A stretch of 64,000 nt of DNA from sequence record NC_041973.1; one strand, written 5' to 3'. The stretch's first letter is position 1, and every line of letters begins with the position of its first letter. The notes below the pieces were generated by a model that worked only from the letters and a program-made list of their open reading frames with translations, had not been told where the DNA came from and ran no database searches. The translations under genes were made by a program, and so were the position numbers. Positions 28,809-38,346 of this stretch are shown here, piece after piece.

Positions 28809-31301
28809 ATGCTGATTAAATTTATTGAGCTATACAATTATCAGCGATTGAAGAACAAAGGCATCAATCGCATCACCATGACCTTCAGTGAAGTGGTGCA
28901 AGTTATTCTGGGTAAGAACGGCAGTGGTAAGTCATCGCTGATTCGCGAGCTCTCACCACTGCCACCTGCGAATGACGAGTATGATAAAGACGGTTACAAA
29001 CATATCGTCATCGAACACAAAGGCGCAGAGTATGAGCTGTACTCCCAGCCTGGCTCGCCGTCACGCCATACCTTTAAGCGTAATGGCGAAGACCTGAACG
29101 AAAGCATGACCATGAATGCGCAGAAGATCTTGGTGAAAGAACACTTTGGGTATACTGCTGAAATCCATGAAGTCTTACTGGGAATGGTGAATGGGGTTTC
29201 CTTTACTTCCATGACACCACAGAAACGCCGTGAGTGGTTCACCTTACTCCACCCAACTGACCTGTCGTATGTCATTGAATTGCATCAGGTGTTAAAGGTG
29301 ATGTTGCGTGATGCCAAAGGCGGGATCAAAACCAGTAACCAGCACTTGACGGACCTGTATGGTCAGCGTCAGGAAGGGGTCACGGTTGAAGCACAGCAAA
29401 GTCAATTGGATGATATCCAACACCGACGTGATCGCATTGCACGGTTTATCTCGGATGAGTTAGCCGGGAAGAACTTCAAGCAAGAGCTCGATAACGACAT
29501 GTACCGGTTGAAAGATATCGGTGAACGTTTCCAAGCCAACCCGCCATTACTGTCACGCAACTACCGGTCGCGGGAAGAGATCTTAACCGAGCTGGAGAAC
29601 TGCCGGGCTGAACTGGGTAAGCTGGAGTATGCCCATAAGACCCACAGCAACGAACTGGCTGAGCTTTCAAAGAACGAGATCTTTACCAGTGGTGATGCTG
29701 AGAAAGACAAAGCGGAACTGGAAGCCTCTAAGCTTGCCATTGCTGAGCATCTTGAACAAAGCCGGGCGGCCCATGCGGATGCGATGAACCGTTTAGGGGA
29801 TAACCCTTTATGGCAAAAAATGTACAGTATGCCGTTTGAGCAGGTACGGGTGGTGTTATCGCAGGTGGAGAACCTGATCGATCACCTGTTGCGTATGGTG
29901 CCGATGGATGAGCGCAAGAACACCTTGATGTTCTATGACCGTGCCCGTCGCAGTCAGTATGATCTGCAGGTGATGATTGAAGGGTTAGAGCAAGAAGACA
30001 AGAAGTACAGTCATCAGCTCTCCCATTTCAATTCCGCCGATAAGACCGAGTGCCCGTCGTGTCACCATCGCTGGGTACCGGGGGTATCTGAGCGGCAGAT
30101 GGAAGAAGTCAAGCAGAAGCACAATGCGGTGAACGTGGAACTCACCACAGCCCGGGAGCGACTGGGTCGGTGTAATGCCTACCTTGAAGCCAATGAGACC
30201 TGGTATCAGGCCGCCAGTGCGTATATCCGCTATACCGAAACCATGCCAGAGTGTCGGGATGTGTTTGAGTGGATGCTGGCGAATGATGTCCTCTATATGG
30301 CTAACCGGGAATTCGCGGCGATTCTGCCGACCATCAAGCACGGTATCTTAAGTCGTGAAGCGTTGGCGAATGACGAGCAGCGTCTGGTGCAGATTGACAA
30401 TAAGCTGAAGCTCTTTACCAACGATGCCATTGAGTGGCACACCCGCCGTTACAATGAGCATGAGACGGCCTTGAGTCAGGTAATCAGTCAGACCCAAGCA
30501 ATCAATCACACCATGGCGGTGCTAAAGAAAGATCTGCGTCTGGTCGATGACAGTCTGATGATGGCAGAAGTCGCACGGGTCTCAATGGAAGGGGTGCGGG
30601 TCAATACCGGTAACCTGGCTAAGCAAGCGATTGCCAATACGGCCAATGACGAATACCGGATGTTGGGGGATCAGCACAAATCCATCACTGCAGGGCTCTA
30701 TAACGCACGCTCACTGGAGTCAACCATTCTCAGCACTGAATCCCATGTGCAGTCAATGAAAGCCTCTAAGGACGCGCTGGAGCTCTTGGTGAAGGCCACC
30801 TCACCAACCGAAGGCATTCCGGCTGAACAGTTGTCTGAGTTCATTGAAACCTTTGTCGGTAACATGAACGCGATCATCTCCGATATTTGGGGTGACAATC
30901 TGCAGATCAAACCGTGTAACATGGAAAACGGTGATCTCTCCTTTAAGTTCCCGTTAATCTCAGGTGACTTTGAAGGCGGAGCGAAAGATGTCTCTGACTC
31001 CTCAACTGGGGAAGCACAGATCATCAACTACGTCTTCCGGTTAGTGGTGATGCAGTACCTGGGCTTTGAGCAGTATCCGTTGGTCATGGATGAAGCGGGC
31101 GCTAACTTCGATGAAGCACACCGTCCGGCATTAATGAACTACATCAAACGTGCCTCAGAGTCTGGGGTCTATTCGCAGATCTTTTTGATCTCTCACTATA
31201 TCGCACAGCACGGTGTATTAACCCATGCAGAAGTCTGCGCCTTGTCTAACGACGGTGTCGCACTGCCTGAGACATACAACGACCATGTTGTTATCGAGTA
31301 A
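28809..31301 (+). CDS. sbcC: SbcC/Rad50-like SMC ATPase
   Basis: Walker A GKNGSGKSS, long coiled coils, CPSC zinc hook, SSTGE signature, Walker B LVMDE, ISH switch. Confidence 0.92.
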   Translation: MLIKFIELYNYQRLKNKGINRITMTFSEVVQVILGKNGSGKSSLIRELSPLPPANDEYDKDGYKHIVIEHKGAEYELYSQPGSPSRHTFKRNGEDLNESMTMNAQKILVKEHFGYTAEIHEVLLGMVNGVSFTSMTPQKRREWFTLLHPTDLSYVIELHQVLKVMLRDAKGGIKTSNQHLTDLYGQRQEGVTVEAQQSQLDDIQHRRDRIARFISDELAGKNFKQELDNDMYRLKDIGERFQANPPLLSRNYRSREEILTELENCRAELGKLEYAHKTHSNELAELSKNEIFTSGDAEKDKAELEASKLAIAEHLEQSRAAHADAMNRLGDNPLWQKMYSMPFEQVRVVLSQVENLIDHLLRMVPMDERKNTLMFYDRARRSQYDLQVMIEGLEQEDKKYSHQLSHFNSADKTECPSCHHRWVPGVSERQMEEVKQKHNAVNVELTTARERLGRCNAYLEANETWYQAASAYIRYTETMPECRDVFEWMLANDVLYMANREFAAILPTIKHGILSREALANDEQRLVQIDNKLKLFTNDAIEWHTRRYNEHETALSQVISQTQAINHTMAVLKKDLRLVDDSLMMAEVARVSMEGVRVNTGNLAKQAIANTANDEYRMLGDQHKSITAGLYNARSLESTILSTESHVQSMKASKDALELLVKATSPTEGIPAEQLSEFIETFVGNMNAIISDIWGDNLQIKPCNMENGDLSFKFPLISGDFEGGAKDVSDSSTGEAQIINYVFRLVVMQYLGFEQYPLVMDEAGANFDEAHRPALMNYIKRASESGVYSQIFLISHYIAQHGVLTHAEVCALSNDGVALPETYNDHVVIE

Positions 31302-31321
31302 CTAGGCTTAAGGAGTCTATT

Positions 31322-32722
31322 GTGTCGGCTATTCCTGCTAATCTGTATTACGGTCCTGAGGTTCCGGTCGACGCATTGCCTGGTGCAGTGTTTAACGACG
31401 GCACATGTTTGTATCGCGGAGGTGAACACGGTTGGTTGTATATGTGTCATCTCCACACTGTTTTAAACACTCTCGATTCACCTTTGGCGGCGTATGCTGC
31501 TGAACCGAACAACGGCACGATCGCTGAGCTTAATGAACCGTTCGCGGTTTACCATCAAGGTAACTGGTTGGAGTTGGACAAAGACGCTGCACCAGACTTG
31601 AATGCGACCGTGGTCTTCAAAGATGAAGATGTGCGCGCAATCGCCGCCGACAGCAATAGAACCTGTTTAGTGTTTATGGACGGCAGCAACGACGCACAGG
31701 TGGCTTTCAAGGTAACACTGTACCTTTGCCATAAAGGCGAAGTGGTGGGGCTTGGTGACTACGACTACGTTAGCGCCGATAATCTACCGCTGCTGCAGAG
31801 AATGATGTTCGGTAACCGGGGAGGGGGTATGGTTGAATACATGGAACTAGACATCACATCACGGTTTATCGTGAACAAAGGGCATTTACCGGAAGTGGGC
31901 GATACCTGGATCGATAACGAGTTCAACGAATACGTGTACAGTCCGACACGGCTGTGGGATCGTATTGGTAAGCTTGCCTTTGTGTATAAAGGCAGTCTGG
32001 CTTCCGGTATCGATGCCTTGCGTCACCCCGGGCCGCATAACACCGGCGACACGTACTTGGTTGACAATTTTGCGTATGTCTATAACAAAATTGTCAACCG
32101 CTTTGTGGTGTTGCAAGTTGATCCGGGTAACGATAACACACCGTTTGATCTCTATCCTGATGGTGCACTCGAACCCATTCCAATGCAGGGGATCTATCGC
32201 CGCAGTACTGACGCCTTGCCTAGTGAACCCAATGGCTGTGGGTATGTCGTGATTGAGCAAGATGGCAGTCATGTCATCTACAATCAGTACGGATTGCGTA
32301 TCGACTGCGATGTGGTGGAAACCACCGAGCGCACCGAGTCCCGCACACCGATGGTGGTGATCGGCGATAACGCGTTGCTGAGGCTTTATTACGAAGCCAA
32401 CGACATGGACCCTTGTGAAGGGGATGTCTGGGTAAATGATAAACAGCTCATGACCTTCTTTGCTGGCGAATGGACGTTATTGCCCGTGGGTCGCCTCTAC
32501 ACGGAACGACACCAGCCGCTGCGTGATAAAGTTCAGGCATTGCGTGAACTGATTGACAGTGGTCGGTTCAAAAGTGTGATCGATAAAGCCCGAGAGCAGG
32601 AGTTTGAACGCGAGCTGGCCGAATACGACGCTGTCCTCAAACAACCCCAGCTAGAACAAGAACCCAAAGACACTTCTTTCTTTGCACCGATCAAAGCCTT
32701 CTTTAAGCGTTTGATACAGTAA
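31322..32722 (+). CDS. Hypothetical protein with repeated small GD.W..Y.Y..W beta modules and an amphipathic C-terminal helix
   Basis: PEVGDTWID..EYVY...W, TGDTYLVD..YVY, EGDVWVND....W; ends SFFAPIKAFFKRLIQ. Confidence 0.6.
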   Translation: MSAIPANLYYGPEVPVDALPGAVFNDGTCLYRGGEHGWLYMCHLHTVLNTLDSPLAAYAAEPNNGTIAELNEPFAVYHQGNWLELDKDAAPDLNATVVFKDEDVRAIAADSNRTCLVFMDGSNDAQVAFKVTLYLCHKGEVVGLGDYDYVSADNLPLLQRMMFGNRGGGMVEYMELDITSRFIVNKGHLPEVGDTWIDNEFNEYVYSPTRLWDRIGKLAFVYKGSLASGIDALRHPGPHNTGDTYLVDNFAYVYNKIVNRFVVLQVDPGNDNTPFDLYPDGALEPIPMQGIYRRSTDALPSEPNGCGYVVIEQDGSHVIYNQYGLRIDCDVVETTERTESRTPMVVIGDNALLRLYYEANDMDPCEGDVWVNDKQLMTFFAGEWTLLPVGRLYTERHQPLRDKVQALRELIDSGRFKSVIDKAREQEFERELAEYDAVLKQPQLEQEPKDTSFFAPIKAFFKRLIQ

Positions 32723-32744
32723 AGATCGTAGATCATTTTATTCC

Positions 32745-32752
32745 TACATTAC
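32745..32752 (+). promoter_or_regulatory. Candidate early promoter TACATTAC
   Basis: One mismatch to the phiKZ early consensus TATATTAC; intergenic, heads a small-gene cluster; repeated at 40045. Confidence 0.55.
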
Positions 32753-32779
32753 CAGATTGGTATAGTCATCGAGGTCATC

Positions 32780-33124
32780 ATGTTAGTGATACTACCCCTC
32801 GGTAATTTGGCCGCACGGATTGATCGTGCGCTCCAGGTTACTGATTACGTGTTCTCTGCTGAAGAGATTGCTGAAGCTGCGGTTCATTACATCAACGGAG
32901 ATGTGGACTGTGCGCTGGATCAGCTCTTTCGCAAGATCAACGCTTTAGATGAGACTTTTGTTGACTTGCCGTATAACACCCCTTCTGACCAAGTACTGAA
33001 AAAAGTGATTGGTCAGGTAGGGCGTGAAATCAATACCAATCTATTTAACCTCTATCACGACGTCTGTATCCCGCACTTTGTAAGCGCAGGAGAACATCAA
33101 GTCGTGCTAACTGTCGATATGTAG
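32780..33124 (+). CDS. Hypothetical protein
   Basis: ORF with RBS GAGG in a tightly packed cluster. Confidence 0.6.
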   Translation: MLVILPLGNLAARIDRALQVTDYVFSAEEIAEAAVHYINGDVDCALDQLFRKINALDETFVDLPYNTPSDQVLKKVIGQVGREINTNLFNLYHDVCIPHFVSAGEHQVVLTVDM

Positions 33125-33133
33125 GAGTTACCC

Positions 33134-33622
33134 ATGAGCAGTATTCATCGCGTCTTTTCCACGGACTTACAAACTATCAAAGACACTCCCGCACCGGAGC
33201 TCGAAGATAGTGTTACGGTCGCCCGGAGGATTGCCATGCAGCAACAGCATCAAACGAGTTTCCTGATACTTTTCAAAGAGCGTGCACGTCAATGCACCGA
33301 TGGCTTTGATAAGTGGCGGATGGATAAAACCAACAACCCTCTGTTTGAACAGACGGCACGCCAGCGCTTAGCGGGCATCGCCATCAACATCTACCAGGAA
33401 GTCACCGGTGAAGTGGTCAGCAGCGACACCAGGCACCAGTTGATTAAATGGGCCGAAGACAACAAAGTGATCATCATCAACCATGTGGTCGGCATGCAGC
33501 TGTGGCACCGCATGGTAAACAACACCCCGGCTGAAACCCAGCTGCAGGTGTTCAGTGGTGGTCGGCAAGCCCTGATGTTCTCTTTCAAAATCCCCGGGGC
33601 GAAGCATCCTTATCTTATATAA
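33134..33622 (+). CDS. Hypothetical protein
   Basis: ORF with RBS AGGAG. Confidence 0.6.
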   Translation: MSSIHRVFSTDLQTIKDTPAPELEDSVTVARRIAMQQQHQTSFLILFKERARQCTDGFDKWRMDKTNNPLFEQTARQRLAGIAINIYQEVTGEVVSSDTRHQLIKWAEDNKVIIINHVVGMQLWHRMVNNTPAETQLQVFSGGRQALMFSFKIPGAKHPYLI

Positions 33623-33628
33623 GGTGTC

Positions 33629-33961
33629 GTGATGAAGCTGCAATATCATGCTATCATCCCTATCCCCTCTATGCCGGCTATTTGTCAACAGTACGGTATT
33701 TCGCGTGAAGGGCTCGTGCGAATGGTATTGGAATACCTGGAGGGGAATGAGTATCAGATGATGAGACGCATCCAAGAACTGCCTGCTGTGACTGACCCTG
33801 ACATGACTGAAGCGGTCGTAGCCGCCGTTTCACGTGCCATGTTGGAGTTCCTGGATTCGTTACCTGAGGTTAGTACAGGCCAACATATTCGGGATATCTA
33901 TTTGATAGCAGCCCATTCATTAACCGCCCATGTCGGATTCGCTGTGTGCGATGACGAGTAG
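33629..33961 (+). CDS. Hypothetical protein
   Basis: ORF with RBS AAGGT, packed between neighbours. Confidence 0.6.
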   Translation: MMKLQYHAIIPIPSMPAICQQYGISREGLVRMVLEYLEGNEYQMMRRIQELPAVTDPDMTEAVVAAVSRAMLEFLDSLPEVSTGQHIRDIYLIAAHSLTAHVGFAVCDDE

Positions 33962-33967
33962 ATTCCC

Positions 33968-34378
33968 ATGACCCTTTATAAAGAACATGTGGTGTTGTGT
34001 ATTGTCCAATCTGATGCAGCCACCGAAGCCTGGGCCGAGCTATCGCAGCTAGTTTTCGATAACCCGACTTTGATGTTTGATCAGGAAGACTTTACCCGCC
34101 TCCTTAATTTAGCGTTGGCCGATGACCGGGATGAGATGATCAAATACATCCGCACCGCCCTCACGGTCGACCTAAATATTGAGCTCATTAATTGGCTCAC
34201 AGACAGCATGCTTGACATCGCCTATGCTCTTCGCAAATCGTTACCGGTGTTAACACCCACACAACCCGGAGTTGTGGCCAAGTGTGAGTACCTGTCCCAT
34301 TGCAGGCGCAACGTCGTACTAAAAGCTACCATCCTCGAACCTTTACCTAAGGAGCATTTGACAGTTATTCACTTCTGA
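33968..34378 (+). CDS. Hypothetical protein
   Basis: ORF packed in the same cluster. Confidence 0.6.
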   Translation: MTLYKEHVVLCIVQSDAATEAWAELSQLVFDNPTLMFDQEDFTRLLNLALADDRDEMIKYIRTALTVDLNIELINWLTDSMLDIAYALRKSLPVLTPTQPGVVAKCEYLSHCRRNVVLKATILEPLPKEHLTVIHF

Positions 34379-34452
34379 CTTTGGGAGAAGTGACCAAGGC
34401 CGTGGGGGTATAAGCCTCCACTTAAAGAACCACGACTTCGGTAAAAACCAAA

Positions 34453-35220
34453 ATGAAAACGATCAACGCGATCCTTCACACCCTCGTGCTGTTTGCACTT
34501 GTCTTCGTTGCACAATCCTCACTGGTCCACGCCTCGACATCAACTGGAAAAGCTGCCGTCCAGTTTAATCAAGCAGGGTGGGATAAATACAAATCCACAT
34601 TAACCCGAGCCTCGTTAGCATCCGGTGTACCGGTCACTGAGCTCGTGATCTTTACCTCTATTGAGTCTGACTTCGAAGCCAAGGCCCGCAACACAGCCGG
34701 GAGCAATGCAGGCGGACTGACCCAATTCATTCCAAGTACTTGGCGATCGATGGTGCGAACCCACCACAAAAAGTACGGGTTAAGTAAAAACGTGTCTCGT
34801 TTTAATGCCTATGCCAACGCGGCTATGACCGCAGAGTATATTAAGCAGAACAGGAGCCTTCTACAACAGGCACTAAAACGGGAGATCACCACTACCGATG
34901 TCTATATGGCTCACTTCCTTGGTCCGGGTACTGCAATTCAAGTCCTGAAGGCCAAAGGTAACCGCTCGATCACATCTGTTGTAAAGGCGACAAAAGGAAA
35001 TGCCCGCTTGTTTTACAACAAAGGTCGACCATTAACGGTTGCTCAGTTTAAAGCCAATATGGCCCGCAAAGTGGCTAACCACCGCCAGGTCTATAAACCC
35101 GTTGCCGTAAAGTACGCTGTACGCTACGAGGAAAACCAACGTCTCGATGCGCTTATCGCCAAAGTCAATGATAAGCCAGTACGCGTCGGGTTTAGCACCG
35201 CATACGTCAGGGAAATGTAA
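34453..35220 (+). CDS. Lytic transglycosylase (phiKZ gp144-like catalytic domain) with an N-terminal signal peptide
   Basis: IESDF (catalytic Glu), AGGLTQFIPSTW, E.IK.N..LL...LKRE.T.TD.Y.AHFLGPG; hydrophobic N-terminus ending LVHA. Confidence 0.9.
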   Translation: MKTINAILHTLVLFALVFVAQSSLVHASTSTGKAAVQFNQAGWDKYKSTLTRASLASGVPVTELVIFTSIESDFEAKARNTAGSNAGGLTQFIPSTWRSMVRTHHKKYGLSKNVSRFNAYANAAMTAEYIKQNRSLLQQALKREITTTDVYMAHFLGPGTAIQVLKAKGNRSITSVVKATKGNARLFYNKGRPLTVAQFKANMARKVANHRQVYKPVAVKYAVRYEENQRLDALIAKVNDKPVRVGFSTAYVREM

Positions 35221-35251
35221 AAGTTAACATACCTGCACGATAATATACATT

Positions 35252-35283
35252 GGGAGGGGCGCAGGTCTCTCCCTTTTATGCCG
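35252..35283 (+). terminator. Hairpin + TTATGCCG element
   Basis: gggaggggc-gcag-gtctctccc-ttttatgccg. Confidence 0.7.
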
Positions 35284-35315
35284 TTTGAATTTATTAACCC
35301 CCAAGGAGGTTGTGT

Positions 35316-35729
35316 ATGCCTGCATTATTGCGTGCCGCCAATACCAGTTGTAACACCATTGGTCATGAGTATCACTCCCCGTTAAACGAACAGGTCATCA
35401 TGATCAGCGATAACCAAATGAAAATGTTAATAGCCCTGCCTGCGAGCAAACTGAATCTATTAACACGTAATCCGGTCTACGCTGACAATGGCATTGAATC
35501 TGTGTTCGTCCATCCCTTGTTTATTGAGATAGCTGGCCTGATCCAGTTAAGTGCCTATGCCAAAGACCCCGCATGGCAGCAGCATGACCTCAGTAGCATG
35601 ATGGTCTACCTCGGGATGGTCGGGCGTAACAATGTTCGTCTGGTTGAAGTAAATGCCCACCTGGCCAGTTGCGGTATGCTCACGTTGCGCCGTAGTGCCC
35701 TTGAGTTTGCCAAACCCGTTATGTCTTAA
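35316..35729 (+). CDS. Hypothetical protein
   Basis: ATG behind a perfect AAGGAGG. Confidence 0.6.
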   Translation: MPALLRAANTSCNTIGHEYHSPLNEQVIMISDNQMKMLIALPASKLNLLTRNPVYADNGIESVFVHPLFIEIAGLIQLSAYAKDPAWQQHDLSSMMVYLGMVGRNNVRLVEVNAHLASCGMLTLRRSALEFAKPVMS

Positions 35730-35774
35730 TGGACAAACACTTACTATTATCTGTTAATTAATCTGGAGTGCCTT

Positions 35775-36221
35775 ATGATTCAACCTATTAACGTTCCCGG
35801 GATGGTGATCAACCCCGAAGTCTCCCGTGAAGTGATCTTAATGACCAGTGAACAGCTGGACCGTTTCTCGATTGCTGCCTTCGACATGCTGGCGTTGGGT
35901 AATACCGTATTCAGTGGTGAGTTCGGCAGTTATGTCACACCATCGCGTGACGAGTTCATGCAGGCTTACCTGCGTCCATTGCAAGCCCCTGACTCGGTAA
36001 GGCGCTACAATGAGATCGATCAAACCCAAGTCGCCTGTCTGGTCGATTCAATTACCCGTAACGAAAAAGGTGATCTGATTGGGCGGGTGATCCCACATGG
36101 TCCGAATGGCCCGAAACTTGAAAAGCTGTTTAAAGAAAAGAAACAGAAGTTCAAAGTCTTTCCACGCCTCAAGTGGGAAAACGGCTGGAAGTTCGTGGCG
36201 TTTGATGTGGGGTATAAGTAA
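35775..36221 (+). CDS. Degenerate prohead-protease-fold protein (T4 gp21 / phiKZ gp175 family), probably inactive
   Basis: GEFGSY, EIDQTQVACLVDSI, GDLIGRVIPHGPNGPKLEKL and AFDV align with T4 gp21 GELNHP, NVDPMQAAIIIED, NDVYGRAR..GPGDKL and VGVDAV. Confidence 0.65.
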   Translation: MIQPINVPGMVINPEVSREVILMTSEQLDRFSIAAFDMLALGNTVFSGEFGSYVTPSRDEFMQAYLRPLQAPDSVRRYNEIDQTQVACLVDSITRNEKGDLIGRVIPHGPNGPKLEKLFKEKKQKFKVFPRLKWENGWKFVAFDVGYK

Positions 36222-36542
36222 ATGGTACGCGCCGATACAACCATCGCAACAAAAGGAAAGGTTGTGCGCTTGAGTGTCACCGGTTACGGGGTGATGAGCA
36301 TGGATGGGGTTATGGTAGATGATCCTAAGCAGCGCGTGAACATGCGCACCGCCCACCCCAGCCAAAGTTGTTACCCACTACCGGGTGAAAAGAAATGGTA
36401 CGAAGTTAAACGGGTAGAGCAGACAGCCAATGGTTGGTGTTATCCGGTGGTCGGGTTATTTAAGTATCCCGGTGATGCCACAAACTTTATTCAATCCCTT
36501 ATTCAGAAATACAAACTCGATCAGGAAAAACCTCATGAGTGA
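36222..36542 (+). CDS. Hypothetical protein (C-domain shared with the next gene)
   Basis: YEVKRVEQ..NG..PVVGLF...DA vs FAVYRREW.NN..VWVGDF...DA. Confidence 0.6.
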   Translation: MVRADTTIATKGKVVRLSVTGYGVMSMDGVMVDDPKQRVNMRTAHPSQSCYPLPGEKKWYEVKRVEQTANGWCYPVVGLFKYPGDATNFIQSLIQKYKLDQEKPHE

Positions 36543-37014
36543 AATTACCGTAAAAGTTGTTGGTCCAATTCAAGCGGGTAAAACTGCAATCGCCTCTTTA
36601 TTGGACAATGCCCTGCGTGCCAATGGTATCATAGCAAAGATCCAGTCCGACTCAGCGCTGTCCTATCTGCGTGAAGCCAAGAACCACGTCCCAACCAATG
36701 TCAGTGTCACGATCATTGACGGTACCGCTGACGGGGTGCGTGAATTTGGTAACAGCGATGATGTCATTCCAATCCGCGGTCGCATCATGGGTATCGAAGT
36801 CCAACCGGTCAAATACACTCCCGCTGAAGCGACAGTGGTTGCGCTGGCCGATGCTAACGCCTTTGCCGTGTATCGCCGTGAATGGCTGAACAATGCGTCG
36901 CTGGCCGTCTGGGTGGGTGACTTCCACGTTGAGAGCGATGCCATTGACTGCGCCAACACCCTGGCTGAGAAATACGGCACCGCCGCTGACTTCCTTTATA
37001 AGGCAGGTTTGTAA
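36535..37014 (+). CDS. Small P-loop-containing hypothetical protein
   Basis: VVGPIQAGKT Walker-A-like motif; start moved to MSEITV behind AGGA. Confidence 0.6.
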   Translation: MSEITVKVVGPIQAGKTAIASLLDNALRANGIIAKIQSDSALSYLREAKNHVPTNVSVTIIDGTADGVREFGNSDDVIPIRGRIMGIEVQPVKYTPAEATVVALADANAFAVYRREWLNNASLAVWVGDFHVESDAIDCANTLAEKYGTAADFLYKAGL

Positions 37015-37016
37015 CC

Positions 37017-37286
37017 ATGCATCAGTTTACTCCTGAGATGAAAGAAACGTTAAACGAACTCGAGCGTGAGTTAGCCCACATTCGTTTAACGCAACCGAAC
37101 CGGATTAACACACTGATCAAAACCAAGTGTTTTAGCCTGGCCCGGAAAACAAAGTCACCGCACGTCAAACGGGTTCTGCAGTCAATTACCGCTACCCCGT
37201 TGTCGGTTGTAAAGTTAGAAGAAGTTCTGAAGCTTTACCATGAAGTGGATAGTGGTGAAGTGGAACTCTCTATTCAGCAGGTTTGA
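37017..37286 (+). CDS. Hypothetical protein
   Basis: 89 aa ORF in operon context. Confidence 0.55.
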   Translation: MHQFTPEMKETLNELERELAHIRLTQPNRINTLIKTKCFSLARKTKSPHVKRVLQSITATPLSVVKLEEVLKLYHEVDSGEVELSIQQV

Positions 37287-37759
37287 GGGGGGTAGAATGG
37301 CGTTGGCTTTCGATTCTTAACGAGTCGGACTTCAACGCAATGACCTTCCTCGCGGTGAAACAATACCACGCTCAGTCTATCTACTGGAAACGACTGGGTG
37401 TGGATTGGAACACCCCTAAGCCTGAGACTGTCCACAAGTTTATGGCCACCTATGTGAAGAATGCCCCGATCAAACTGATGATCCGTAACGCGGATGCGGT
37501 GATGATTGGGTTTGCACTACTCAGTACCGAACGCACGGATAAAGGACTTGTCTGTCACATCGACGAGGTGTTTATCGACGAACCCTATCGTAATAAGGGC
37601 ATTGGTAAGAAAACGCTTATTAGGATTAAACGGCACGCCGAAAAACAGAAGATCGCTGCATTGACCTTGAACGTCAGTGCTGCCAATCCCGTTCGCGCAC
37701 TTTATGAACGTATGGGGTTTGAACCAGTGCAGGTGAAATACCAGATGCGGCTGGGTTGA
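37283..37759 (+). CDS. GNAT family N-acetyltransferase
   Basis: IDEVFIDEPYRNKGIGK acetyl-CoA motif A, LTLNV, N...ALYERMGF motif B. Confidence 0.9.
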   Translation: MRGVEWRWLSILNESDFNAMTFLAVKQYHAQSIYWKRLGVDWNTPKPETVHKFMATYVKNAPIKLMIRNADAVMIGFALLSTERTDKGLVCHIDEVFIDEPYRNKGIGKKTLIRIKRHAEKQKIAALTLNVSAANPVRALYERMGFEPVQVKYQMRLG

Positions 37760-37777
37760 CCTAGTGAGGAGTTTGTC

Positions 37778-38332
37778 GTGTCTATCTATCGCATTGAAAT
37801 CCACCCGAACGCCACCAGTGGTCTTACGGTACTTGTCAGCACGGCTGAAGGTATACGGCGGCTGGCATTAGTGGAAGGGTGTTCGGAACAGGGAGCGTTT
37901 GTAGTTATACGGGATAAGGTTATACGGTTCTATCATTGGGATGTACGACGGGAAGAAGACCGGGCGTTGTTCAATGCAGACGGTTTGGCACGGAACACAC
38001 TGGTTGGGATCGAAGCCTTGTTGTGCAAGAACAAAGATTGGGGGTTTGGTGGGACACGCTTCCTGGCGTTTATGACAGGGTGCTTAAAACACCGCTGGAA
38101 CGAGTACAGCAACACGCGGGGGTTTATCCGAGCAGAACATCATCATTTGGTGCACACTCGCGTAGATCGCCGTGAGGAGCGTGTATTCGTGACATTAGGG
38201 GATTGGGCGCAACACGCACCGTGGAACTTACGCCTGGACCGTAAAACCCCCTATTCAACGAAATTCAGAGAGGTGGTTGAACGCCTCGTCCGTCAGGAGT
38301 TCGACTTACCGGCGGTCTTTGACATTAATTAA
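37778..38332 (+). CDS. Hypothetical protein
   Basis: GTG start with RBS GAGGAG. Confidence 0.6.
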   Translation: MSIYRIEIHPNATSGLTVLVSTAEGIRRLALVEGCSEQGAFVVIRDKVIRFYHWDVRREEDRALFNADGLARNTLVGIEALLCKNKDWGFGGTRFLAFMTGCLKHRWNEYSNTRGFIRAEHHHLVHTRVDRREERVFVTLGDWAQHAPWNLRLDRKTPYSTKFREVVERLVRQEFDLPAVFDIN

Positions 38333-38346
38333 CCTAAGGTGCTTTC

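Noticed and set aside
34400-34437. Riboswitch-like alternative hairpins before the transglycosylase
   Set aside because: Only 5-7 bp stems, compatible with a simple terminator or chance.
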